A stretch of DNA of 64,000 nt from Dictyostelium discoideum (lineage: Eukaryota). Both the position numbers and the translations under genes were made by a program. Shown here piece by piece: positions 41,395 through 52,900 of this stretch (within the stretch, counting starts at the first letter, position 1; each line of letters opens with the position of its first letter). The DNA lies in assembly GCA_000004695.1 (NCBI GenBank), contig CM000151.3:6848001-6912000 (forward strand). Reading direction: 5' to 3'. Below the pieces are notes generated by a model, which ran no database searches, was not told the DNA's origin, and worked only from the letters and a program-made list of their open reading frames with translations.

Positions 41395-42166
41395 TACTTG
41401 ACTGTGTTGAGCACCAACAGCAGTTGGTGGACCATTTGGACCTCTCCAAACGATTGGATTGAAAACTTTACCACCAGACATATAATGAGTTTTAGCAGAT
41501 GAATTGATGATGTGATCAATTGCTTGCATAGCAAAGTTGAAAGTCATAAATTCAATGATTGGTCTAGTACCTGCCATAGCAGCACCAACACCAATACCAG
41601 CAAAACCAGCTTCTGTAATTGGAGTATCAATAATTCTATCACCACCATATTTATCGAATAATCCTTTAGTGATCTTGTATGCACCATTATATTGAGCTAC
41701 TTCTTCACCCATAATAAAAACTTTTTCATCTCTTGCTAATTCTTCATCCAATGCACTATTAATTGCATCACGAACTGTAACCTATATATAAAATAAAATA
41801 ATTTATTAATTATTTTAATTTAACAATAATAATAATAATATAATAAATATAATAAAAATAATAAAAATAATAAAAATAATATAGTTTTTTATTTTATTTT
41901 ATTTTATTTTATTTTATTTTATTTTTTGACACTATGGTGGGGTTCATTGTGGATTTTATTTTTTATTTTATTTTATTTTATTTATTTTTTTTTTTTTTTT
42001 GTTTTTTATTTTTTTTTTATTTTTTTTTTTTTTATAAAATAAATAAATAAATTGAATACATATAAAAAAAAATTCAACGTACCTCTTTAGTAGCATAAGT
42101 TCTAGTGATAATTCTAAAGTTAACTAATAATGATGGTTGAATTTTTTTTAAAATTGAAGACAACAT
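40601..42166 (-). CDS. pdhB: Pyruvate dehydrogenase E1 component beta subunit, mitochondrial (PDHB). Four exons: 42083..42166, 41398..41781, 40748..41289, 40601..40661.
   Basis: Exon 1 is a mitochondrial presequence ([28 protein letters not shown]). The rest reads [93 protein letters not shown]...PIVWRGPNG...VGAQHSQ|[41 protein letters not shown]...[31 protein letters not shown]...PMPYA..LENAA|[16 protein letters not shown]. It is collinear with PDHB throughout. Confidence 0.9.
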
Positions 42167-42199
42167 TTTTGAATGATGATAAGTTAAAATTGTGATTTG

Positions 42200-42246
<47 letters not shown>

Positions 42247-43140
42247 AAGTCGCTGAAAAAATTGAAAAAAAAAAAAAAAAAAATTAATTTAAAATAAAAA
42301 AAATTAAAAAAAAATAAAAAAAAAAAACAATGTTAATTATTCATTCTTTTTTTGTTTTTTTGAATTGTTTTTCCCGATTGGATATTTAATAAACGAATTA
42401 ATTTCTTTTATAAGAGATATTATCTTTAAAGTTATAATAAATAAATTTTAATTTTTGTAAATTAATTAATTTTTATAAATTAATTATTTTTTTTTTTGTT
42501 TCTAAAAAAAAAAAGTTAATAGGATATTAATTTTAAAAGTGTTTAGAAAACAAAAAAAAAACAATAAAAAAGTCTTTAATGTAAAATTACTACCACCTAA
42601 TAAATAAATTTTGACATTTTATCATAAAAACATCAATGAAAATCGATCATATAAATAAAAATTAATTATTGGACAAGTTTGATAAATTCCAGATAAAATT
42701 AATACGACTTTACAAAAAATAAAAATAAAAGAATTATATTCAACTTTTATTTATTTAAAATAAAAGAAAAGAAAATAAACTTAAATTGTGTTTTTTATCC
42801 AATTCAATCAAAAGAACAAAAAATACACCCACTCCCCAATTACATTTTTATTTTTCCCAATTTTAATTTTATTTTTATTTTTTATTTTTTTATTTTTTAT
42901 TTTTTTATTATTTTTTTTTTTAAAAAATTTATTTATTATATTATTATATTATAATATTAAATTTTTTAGGTAATTAATTTAATATTAAATTTTAACTCTA
43001 CCCCAAAAATGTAACGTGTGCGCATAAATTTTCGTTTTTCATAAAAAAAAAAAAAAAAATCAAAAAAAAAAAAAATTTCAGGGTGACAAAAAATTTTTTG
43101 AAAAATTTTCTCATTCTTTCAGTTTAACATTTCCCCAAAC

Positions 43141-43920
43141 ATGTCATCCGTACGTATTTGCCGTCACATATTTTATAGATAGTGAAAGTAGAGGAGAAGA
43201 GAGAAAAGATTGAAACAATATGGTGACCATGTTGTTTATATAGTTGGATTGAAATAGATTGATACTATTTCATAATAGATTGAAGATAATATAGAATAGA
43301 GATTATGGTCCTCCATAGATACACATATACTAATCAAATCCAACAACAACAAATAAATATATTATTTATAGTCATTAGTTTTCCAAGGAGAATTCCAACA
43401 CATCATTCGTATTTACAATACCAATGTTGACGGTAGAAGAAAGATTCAATACGCTCTTACCTGTGTTAAAGGTGTTGGTCGTAGATTTGCCAATTTAGTC
43501 TGCAAAAAGGCTGATATTGATACCTCAAAAAGAGCTGGTGAACTTTCAAAAGATGAAGTCGAAAGATTAACCACCATCATGAATCACCCAAGACAATACA
43601 ATATCCCAACTTGGTTCCTTAACAGACAAAAGGATATTAAAGACGGTAAATACTCTCATTGTCTTGCCAATCAAATCGATGTCAAATTCAGAGAAGATTT
43701 AGAAAGATTAAAGAAAATCAGAGCACACAGAGGTGTCAGACATCACTTTGGTCTCCGTGTTAGAGGTCAAAAGACCAAAACCACCGGTATGTAACAAATA
43801 ACAAACAACAAAGCATAATAAATATAATCATAAACCAATAATAACATATACTAATATAATTAATTTTTAAAATTTATAGGTAGAAGAGGTCGTACTGTTG
43901 GTGTTGCTGGTCGTAGATAA
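43141..43920 (+). CDS. rps18: 40S ribosomal protein S18 (uS13). Exons 43141..43149 (ATG TCA TCC), 43372..43786, 43880..43920.
   Basis: [130 protein letters not shown]|[12 protein letters not shown] is collinear with eukaryotic RPS18. The 9-nt first exon is followed by GTACGT, and the last intron is GTATGT...TATAG. Confidence 0.9.
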
Positions 43921-45904
43921 ATTCGTTAAACCCATCATAATAAACTATTTTTTAGTAATATAGCATTAAGTGCGTTTTATTTATTTTAGTATTTTTTATT
44001 GAGTTAGAGGAATCAAAAATTATTATTATATTACTATTATTATTTTAAGTCAATAGTTTTTTAATTTAATTTTATTATAAATCTACAAATCTATATTTCA
44101 TCAATTAATTGGACATTATTCAATACAAATAAAAAAAATAAATGACAACATATATGAACTAAAAATAGAATTTTTTTTTTATATAAACACACCGATCCAA
44201 AAAAAGTGTGGTTAAAATTTAATAACAATATCTAGATTTAAATTTTTTTTTTTTTTTTTTTTTTTATATGTATACTAAAATAAATAAAAAACAAATATAT
44301 ATAAAAGAAATAATTATTTTTATAAATGACGATCATTTATTTTTTATTTGTTATTTATGTCAGTAAAAAATGTTTTGAGAGAAATTTTTTTTTTTTTTTT
44401 TTTATACATACTAACCAAACTTTAAATCAGATTCTACATAAACTAATGTTATAAAAAAAAAAAAAAAAAACAAAAATGAAAAGATATTGGATTTAAATAA
44501 CTGCGAAATAGATTTAAATCAATGAAGTTTTAATAATATCCAAGACCAAACATATGCATAAAAAAAAAATTAAAAAAAAAAAAAAAAAAAAAAAAATTAT
44601 TAAAAATTTATTATTATTTTATTCCAGCTTGTATTTAATTTCCAAGGCAAGAGAATAAAATTTCTATTAATATTCATTAATTTTTTTTTATTTTTTTAAA
44701 GATTTATTAAGAAATACTAAATACTTTATAATGGTTTAATTATTATTTTATTTTTTTTTTTTTTTTTGATTTCATTTTTGATCATGTGATCCAATGAATC
44801 AATATAAAAAAAAATAAAAAAAAAAAAAAATAAAATATTTTAATAAAAATAAAATATTTTGGTTAGTGGTGGGTGTTGATATCAACATTTTACTTTTTAA
44901 AAATCAAAAACCTATTTTTAATGTCAATTGCAACATTAACTAATTACAAATTCTTTCATTAATTCCGAATATTATTAAATATTTTCTTTGAAAACAAAAA
45001 AAAAAAAAGAATAAAAAAACAAAGAGTATTTTATAAAATTGTTTTACATATTTTATATTTTAGTTTTTTTTTTTTTATTTAATTTTTTTTTTTTTTTATT
45101 TTATTTTTATATAGTTTTATTTAATAATTTACGAAAACATATTCTCTTCATTTTAAAATATAAATAATGATATATAGTAAGTTGTAGAAAAAAAAAAAAA
45201 AAAAAAATGAAATTAATAAAAAATATTTTGTTATTTATTTATTAACAATTATTTAATTTAAATTATTTCAGAATCAATGGTTTTTAAATATTATAAATGT
45301 GAATCATGTAATTCAAATCATATAGAATCAGGTTCATCTCATTCAATAAATTATTGTTTGGATTTAAATTCAAGTAAAATTTATAGAAATCTAACATGTA
45401 CATCATTTTTTACTCGCCCAATTTTCCAATCTTTTTAAATATTAGGTCAACACTGAATTTCTTGAAAAAAAAAAAACAAATAAAATAAAAAATCCATCAA
45501 ATGAAAAAACAATTGAACATATATTCCGAAATCAAAATAAGATTAAAAAATTTCAAATTGTTAGATTTTATTTATATTTTTTAAAAAATATTAAAACAAA
45601 CAATTAATAAATTATTTTCATTTTATTTTGCTATTAAAAAAATCATTTATTTCTAAAATTGTTTTTTGAGAAATTAGAATTAAAAAAAAAAAAAGAAAAA
45701 CCCCACAAACAAAAATAATAAAATTAATTCTGGTTAGTCGACACATAATGAAAATAAAACTAATTCTGGTGAGTCAACATTTTGAAAATAAAATTAATTT
45801 ATTTTTAATAAAAAAAAGATTTTTCAATTCTTTTTTTTCTTCATTATTCAAGACGAAAATTGACCATCTTCATCAAAAAAAAAAAATTTAATTTAATTTT
45901 TTTT

Positions 45905-46440
45905 TTGGTAGTGAATGGGGCATAAGATCAGTGAATTTATTTGATTTTCATTTAAAATATCATCCTGAAAGAATACAAACCTATATTAGAGCAGCATTTG
46001 GCTCAATCTTCCTATATTATCATCCAAAATTTATTATTAAGGTTTTAAAATTTTTAGAAGAGTCTATCAATCATAATAAACCATTTACTTTAACTATAAG
46101 TGAAAGAAATTATTTCATTATTAAATATTTAGATAGTTATAAATATAATGAAGAATTGTTTTAAAATGATATTGAATAATCCGATATCACCAACTTCAAT
46201 ATTTCGAAATATCCAAATTTTTAAGAAATTTTCAAGTGTAGATACAAGAATGGGTGTATATAGTTATTTAACTTATAAAAAATTACTCCCTTTTGGATTT
46301 AATAGTATTCGAACATCATTTTATTACCGTAATGAAAGTTCATACGAACCTAAATTAACTTTCTAAAAACAATAATAAAGTATAAAAATAAAACAATAAA
46401 TTATATACACAAATATTAAAAAATTCTTTTGGTAATAAAA
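45905..46440 (+). pseudogene. Truncated, frame-disrupted copy of the 5' part of the 1615-aa gene at 49934..54781 (equivalent to about residues 90-245), fused directly to a copy of that gene's 3' flank.
   Basis: It splits into two frame-shifted ORFs: 45931..46164 (LFDFHLKYHPE.IQT...HPK.IIKVL.F..ESINHNKP.TLT..ERNYFI) and 46148..46366 (NPISPTSIF.N.....LPFGFN.I.TSF). These are about 80% identical at nucleotide level to 50270..50720. The end at 46350..46440 (CTAAATTAACTTTCTAAAAA.AATAA..TATAAAAATAAAACAATA) matches 54850..54905 downstream of the intact gene. Confidence 0.6.
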
Positions 46441-46914
46441 AGGTTATTTAATAATTTTTTTTATTTTTTTTTATTTATTATTTTTATCATTTTATTATTT
46501 AATTAAATGGATGTGAATTGAATGTTTTTTTTTTTTTTTTATTGGTGCATGAGAGAAAAAAAAAAAAAAAAATTAAAATAAAAAAATAAAAATAAAAACA
46601 TGGGTGTTTTGAGATATTATTAAATTTGATTTTTTTTTTTTTTTTTTTTTAATTTTTTTATTTTTTTTATTTTTAATAAATAAACTTTGTTTTTAAATGG
46701 TTGAATAATAGAAATAGAAATTGATTTAAAAAAACTAATTAAAATCATATCTTTTTTGTATTTATTTATATTTTTTTTTTTTTTTTTTAATTTCCAAGGA
46801 TTTAATTATTAATTTATTTTAATTTCCATTTAGTATGGATAAACAGAAAACTCAAAAATATACAAAATGATATAGAATTTTAAAAAAATAAAAATAATCA
46901 TTCTTTTTTATAAT

Positions 46915-46954
<40 letters not shown>

Positions 46955-47351
46955 ATAAAAAAGTTTATTTTTAGAATTTAATTATTTATCATTCAATTTT
47001 TTGTAAAAATATTTAGTGTGTTGGTTTTAACATTTTTTATAATTTTATATTATTTTGTTATATTTCTGTTTTATATTATATTATTTTTATTTTTTAATTA
47101 GCTATTTATGAAACAAATTCTTCATTTCAATTATTCAAATTTTAAATATAATTATATTTATATATTATAAGCATATTGAAATTAATAGATATGAAAAAAA
47201 TTATTGTGAATAACATATATTTTTTTCTTTTACTATTTTTTTAAAATAAAATATATCACGAATCGTGTAATCCATCATAAAATCAGATTCATCTCATTCA
47301 ATAAATATTTTTTGAATCTAAATTCAATTAAAATCATAGAAATCAAACATA

Positions 47352-47387
<36 letters not shown>

Positions 47388-48050
47388 AAATTAAATAAAA
47401 TAATAAAATATATAATCAATCTATTATTCATTTTTAAAATTTCAAATGGTTATAAATTATTAAAAATATTTTTTAAATAAACTCTAGCAACCAATCTTTT
47501 AAATATTTAATTAAATTATTTTCAACCAGTGTTTAAATTTTTTTTTTTATAATTTATTTCTCATCCCATAGGAATCTAATCTATTACTATTTTTACTATT
47601 TTTATTTGATCCATTTATTAAAACACATATATTATATATATATAAATTATTTTTTATTTTTTATTTTAATTTTTTAACTATAAAATGTAATCAAAAAAAA
47701 AATTAATTAAAATAAAAACCAAAAACTGTCTTAAACAAAGCTATAAAAAATGATATTTAGTAAGGTTTTTTTTTTTATAAAATTGTTTTTTTTAATAGGT
47801 TTATTAACAAACTATTTTTCTTTTAGAAAATTTAATTTCAATATCATTAAAATCAAATTCGTCTCAAAATGGAATTAATAAAAAAGAAATGTCTTCAACA
47901 TCTCAGTCTCAAAATTTATCATTAAAATCAAATGGAATTTTATATTATAGACCACATTTTAATAATTATTAAGTTATAAAAAATTAATTCCATGATTTGT
48001 TTACCAACTATCTCAAGGGAGAATTAAATGAAATTTAATTTGTTCAGAAG

Positions 48051-48083
<33 letters not shown>

Positions 48084-48152
48084 AAAAAAAAATCCAATCG
48101 ATCAATTTTACATTTTAGTTTAAGATAAATTTAATTTTATTTAAAATTTAAG

Positions 48153-48195
<43 letters not shown>

Positions 48196-48343
48196 ATTAA
48201 AAAAACGTTTTTGTTTAATAAAAATAAAATTTAAAAACTGATTAACAAAAAATTTTTTTTTTTTTTAAATTTTAATTTTTTTTAATTTTTTTTAATCCGA
48301 TTTTTTCAGATATTTTTTTTTTTTTATTTTTATTTTTTTTTTT

Positions 48344-48374
<31 letters not shown>

Positions 48375-48380
48375 GAAAGA

Positions 48381-49085
48381 ATGGAGACTAAATTAAATTT
48401 TGATGAAGCTATAAATAAAATTGACAAGATATTGAAACTTGGTCAACTTTTTAATGTAGTCGGAGGAGATATCTTTTTCTGTATTTGTAGTACTAGTAAT
48501 TCCGATGTAAATAATATTGATAAACAAGAAAATAATGATAACGGTAATAGTGATAATAAATTTGATGAGCAAGTATGCAAACGTTTTGAAAATAATTTTA
48601 ATACCAGATTTACAAATATGGTAATCAATATAAAAACTAAACCAGTTAGAGTTGAATTTATTGGTAATTGTGATTCAAAATCAACCGAATTAGAAATAAT
48701 TAAATATTATCGTTCAAATCCAAATTTTATTAATTTAGTAGATTATGAAAATAATAGTTCAACCTCTTCAAATGAAAATAATAGATATATTCATATTCGT
48801 CTTTATTCATTACCAAAAGAATGGTCAATGACATATGTTTGTGAAAAATCTTTTGAACATTCCCATACCCACACTCATGAACAAGGTCATGGTCATCATC
48901 ACAATCACCATCATAATCAGAATGATCATCACCATCACCACCATAATGATCTTGACCCTTCCCATCACCATCACCACCACCATGAGGATGATCATTCTCA
49001 TGAACATGGACATTCCCACTCTCATACTCACACCCATACTCACCCAGGCTCAGAAGAAACCTATCAATGTATGAATTTCCATTGA
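48381..49085 (+). CDS. Histidine-rich protein, 234 aa, single exon, a candidate metal-binding protein.
   Basis: A roughly 165-aa N-terminal domain (METKLNFDEAINKIDKILKLGQLFNVVGGDIFFCICSTS...YVCEKSFEHSH) is followed by a 65-aa tail that is over 50% His (HTHTHEQGHGHHHNHHHNQNDHHHHHHNDLDPSHHHHHHHEDDHSHEHGHSHSHTHTHTH). Confidence 0.7.
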   Translation: METKLNFDEAINKIDKILKLGQLFNVVGGDIFFCICSTSNSDVNNIDKQENNDNGNSDNKFDEQVCKRFENNFNTRFTNMVINIKTKPVRVEFIGNCDSKSTELEIIKYYRSNPNFINLVDYENNSSTSSNENNRYIHIRLYSLPKEWSMTYVCEKSFEHSHTHTHEQGHGHHHNHHHNQNDHHHHHHNDLDPSHHHHHHHEDDHSHEHGHSHSHTHTHTHPGSEETYQCMNFH

Positions 49086-49247
49086 TAATAATTAGTGTTT
49101 AACTTTATCAAGAAATTTTTTTTTTTCCAAGGATATTGGAAAATAAAAGAATAAAAAATTAAAAAATAAAGATTGAAGGGTTATTATTATTTCGTATTTT
49201 ATTTATTTGTATTTATTAATTTTTCACCTCAATTACATAAATTGAAC

Positions 49248-49283
<36 letters not shown>

Positions 49284-49369
49284 CTAAAAATAGAAAAAAA
49301 AAAAAAAATCTGTATAATAATGTTCATGATATCAAATATTTTTCATTGAAATTTAATTCTTATTAATTT

Positions 49370-49640
49370 GAAGATTGAAAGAAAAAAAGACTATTTCTTG
49401 GATGTCCAAAACAAAAATTCATTTTATTTTTTTTATTTTTTTATTTTAATTTTTTTAATTTTTCTTTTTTCATTTTTTTTTTTTTTTAAAACAAAACTTA
49501 AATAAAAATAATAAATAATCAAAGAATTGGATGAGTACTTCAAACCATTATCACTTCAAATTGTTATTTGTAAGAAAATAATAATAAATAATCAAAGAAT
49601 TGGATGGGTACTTCAAACCATTATCACATTTAAATCTTTG
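49370..49640 (+). repeat. Duplicated copy of the promoter and 5'-leader of the 1615-aa gene (compare 49790..49933). In the copy the ATG region is replaced by two tandem copies of a body-derived segment (GGATGRGTACTTCAAACCATTATCAC, compare 54634..54660 and 52898..52920).
   Basis: Direct repeats seen by eye. GATTTCTTGGAT(G/A)TCCAAAACAAAAATT...AAATAAAAATAATAAATAAT occurs at both 49385..49530 and 49800..49935. Confidence 0.55.
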
Positions 49641-49746
49641 TTATCTGTCCCAAAATTACCATAATAATTTCAGCCTAAAAACGGGTTGTTTATGCATGCT
49701 TAAATTGATATGGTAATTTTGGGACAGATAACAAAGATTTAAATGT
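49626..49746. repeat. Perfect 38-bp inverted repeat (ACATTTAAATCTTTGTTATCTGTCCCAAAATTACCATA / TATGGTAATTTTGGGACAGATAACAAAGATTTAAATGT) with a 45-bp GC-containing spacer. It could be a foldback or MITE-like element, or a hairpin RNA.
   Basis: Arms at 49626..49663 and 49709..49746 are exact reverse complements. The spacer is ATAATTTCAGCCTAAAAACGGGTTGTTTATGCATGCTTAAATTGA. Confidence 0.8.
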
Positions 49747-49933
49747 AGAGCTTTTATTTTTTTCTATTTCTAAATAAGTTGGTATGAATTTTGAAAATCA
49801 AAAGAAAAAAACACGATTTCTTGGATATCCAAAACAAAAATTTTTTTTTTTTTAATTTTTTTATTTTTTCATTTTTTTTTTATTTTTTTTTTTCTTTTAA
49901 ACAAAATATAAATAAAAATAATAAATAATTATA

Positions 49934-52900
49934 ATGAATAATGAATATAATGAATTATTATTTTGGAAAGTTTTTAAAAATAATTATTTATTAAATTGTA
50001 TATTAAAAAATAAATGTTGTTATAAAAGTAAAAAATTTAAAACTATTACATCAATAGATTCAATGTTAAAACATAAACAATATCAACTGTTGATATGTAA
50101 ATTAAAAGCAGATGAAAATTTGTATTTTAAAGGAAAATATGGAAATGATGAGATCATTAATAGAATAGAAGATATAGAAGTATTCAAAGAGATATATTCA
50201 TTATTACTCTTTAAAGGTTATCAAGATACTAGGGATCATCGTATTTTATTCGATAGTATTTGGGGTATAAAATCAGTAGATTTATTTGATTTTCATTTAA
50301 AATATCATCCAGAAGAATTACAAACCCATATTACAACATCCATATACTCAATCTTGGTATATAATCATCCAAAATTAATAATAAAGGTTTTAAATTTTTT
50401 TAAAGAGTCCATCAATCATAATAAACCAATAACTTTAACCAAAAATGAAAGAAATTATTTCATTATGGAATATTTATATTATTGTAGATATGGAAGAAAT
50501 ATTGAAGAATTGAAAGAAAAGATGAAAATGATATGGAATATTCCAATATCGTCAACCTCAATATTTCATAATTCAGAAAAAAGAGTTCCAAGTGCGAATG
50601 TAGGTTGTTTTCTAAAATATCAAAAATTATTACCTTTTGGATTTAATAATATTCAAACATCATTTGATTGCTCTAAAGAAAATCCAAGGAGTTATTCTTC
50701 TATTGGTGATAGGCGGGGAGATGAAAATAATCAACGTTCTGTTTATAGCATAAATCATTTAAATATGTTTTCAAGTTTTTGTTATGACTTTGATGATAGT
50801 ATTTGCGAGTACATAAAAGATGTTAAAGGAAATTTTGAGTGTATCTCTTCATCTATCAAATCAGTTTTATTATATTTTAAATTGTATTATTGCAACTATG
50901 ATTATAAAAGTAAATCAAAAAGTATACCAACATCGATTCAAACTCAAATTGATATAATAATTGAAAATAGTAAACATAGACGTTGTACTGTATATCAATC
51001 AATTAAACAATTATTTCAACTATTAGCCATTGAATCAAAATCAATTGTTTTATATGCATTTTATTTAAAAGAATATAATGAACCAATTGATACCATTGAA
51101 CTTAGTGAAGAAATTCAATTATTGTTAATATATTACATGATAAAAACCTATAACACCAATATATTAAAGTTTCTATTGAAAAAACATTTAAAAATCAAAT
51201 TAACAAAATTAGATTTGGACTATATTGGTGAATCATATCTCAAATTTTTATTTAAAAGTAAACAAATTAATAAAAACAATATTATTATGTTCTACAAAAA
51301 CTACACATCACAAAAATCAATCATTATAGAAGATTTAGATGAAAAACCACTAGATGATGCAATATCAACAAAGGAACTTATTGATTTGGACAATAAACGA
51401 TTACATTCAATTCTAGGTAATGAATCATCATCGAAATGGAAAGAAATTACATCAAATATAATTGATAATGATATGATTGTTACAATTAAAGATAAAGAAA
51501 CAATCGATTGGTTATCAGATATAGAAACAGGTGGTGGTTGTAGTATTTTAAAAATAAGAGATGCTTTAAATTCAAAATTAAAACAAATGAAACTTGATTT
51601 TAGTACATTGGAATTATTAGAATATGCAAGAATCAAATTTAAACAAGTAATTCCAATTTTAGATTTAAATAAAGAGTTGTGTAATATCCACATTTTACGT
51701 ACTCATGATGATATTGAATCATTAATCAATCGTTTAAACCAATCAAACTTTAATAACAATGAAAATTTATTTAAATATTATATGATTCAAATAATTCAAT
51801 TTGGTTCAAGAAATTCAATGAAATACCTAAGATTAATTTGTGATTCTATTGACGAGTTATTAATGGACTATGAAGGTTGGGTAATTTTAGATGACACTTT
51901 AAGAAGGTTTTATATTAACTCATACCTAATAGAAGGAGAGATATGGGACAATTCAGTAGGTTATCATGAAAATAAAAAGTTCAAAGAATACAAAATACCA
52001 ACTCAACAAACATGTCAAATAATCAATCTCACCAAAATTAAAGTCAATTTCAATCACTTTCCAAATGTAACTTCTTATTTATTACAAACATTTATCGAAC
52101 TTTTAAATTTTGAAGGTGTTCAGTTTATTCTTGATAATTTAAATGGTAAAAATTTAAAATTAAATGAAAAAGCATTTAAAGATCGTTTTCATGATAGAAT
52201 CTATACATGCAAATATTTATATAAAGATTTGATTGAAATGATTCAATTTTTAATTAATAAATTCAAAGATGGTCAATTATCATTATCAAATTTATCATTG
52301 ATATTAAATTTCTTATTTTCAATGTTAATTAGAGTCAATGATTTAACAAATGATCAAATCAAAACAGCTTATCAATCAATATCAAACTATATTGAAATAG
52401 ATAGTTCAGAACTCAATTCATACTATTATTTAAAAACATTATCACCCATTATTTCATCATGTATTATCATTTTTAGAGATAATGGTGGTGGTGATGTTAG
52501 ACCATTACTTGAATATCATATAGATACATCAGTATATACATTCGAACATATATTTACAAATAGAAATAATAACGATCTGAACCAATTTATCGATTCAACA
52601 ATCATGGATATTGTAAAAGATCGTTTTTATTCTAATTTAAACAAAATGTTAGATAACAATAATCCAAGAATTAATTTATTTTTACATTATTTCGAAATTC
52701 AATTAAAATACAAAAATGAAAATGATTTCAAAGGACCATTTTTAAATTATAAACTATTGAAATTAATAATTAAAACATTTGATTTAGAATCATTTATTAA
52801 ATTAGATAGTTTATTAGAGAACCATAATGGTAATTGTGAGCAAGAGGGTTCAAATAACAGGATTTTAAGCGAATTAGAGAAATTTTATTTTAATTGGAAA

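Noticed and set aside
41314-41751. ORF 41314..41751(-) annotated as starting with M (MDEEL...) and extending [10 protein letters not shown].
   Set aside because: The codon at 41749..41751 is TTG, so the ORF finder evidently allows alternative starts. The true reading continues upstream ([11 protein letters not shown]) as pdhB exon 2 and stops being exon at the GTAAGT donor at 41397. The poly-F tail is intron.
43579-43794. ORF 43579..43794(+), [10 protein letters not shown]..., reported as a separate small ORF.
   Set aside because: It is an internal Met of the rps18 second exon, not an independent gene.
47870-47960. A 27-codon ORF, MSSTSQSQNLSLKSNGILYYRPHFNNY.
   Set aside because: It is below any reasonable threshold, has no splice context and no similarity. 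It is probably chance.
51301-51693. ORF 51301..51693(-), antisense within the 1615-aa gene.
   Set aside because: It is an antisense shadow of a long, clearly coding sense frame.
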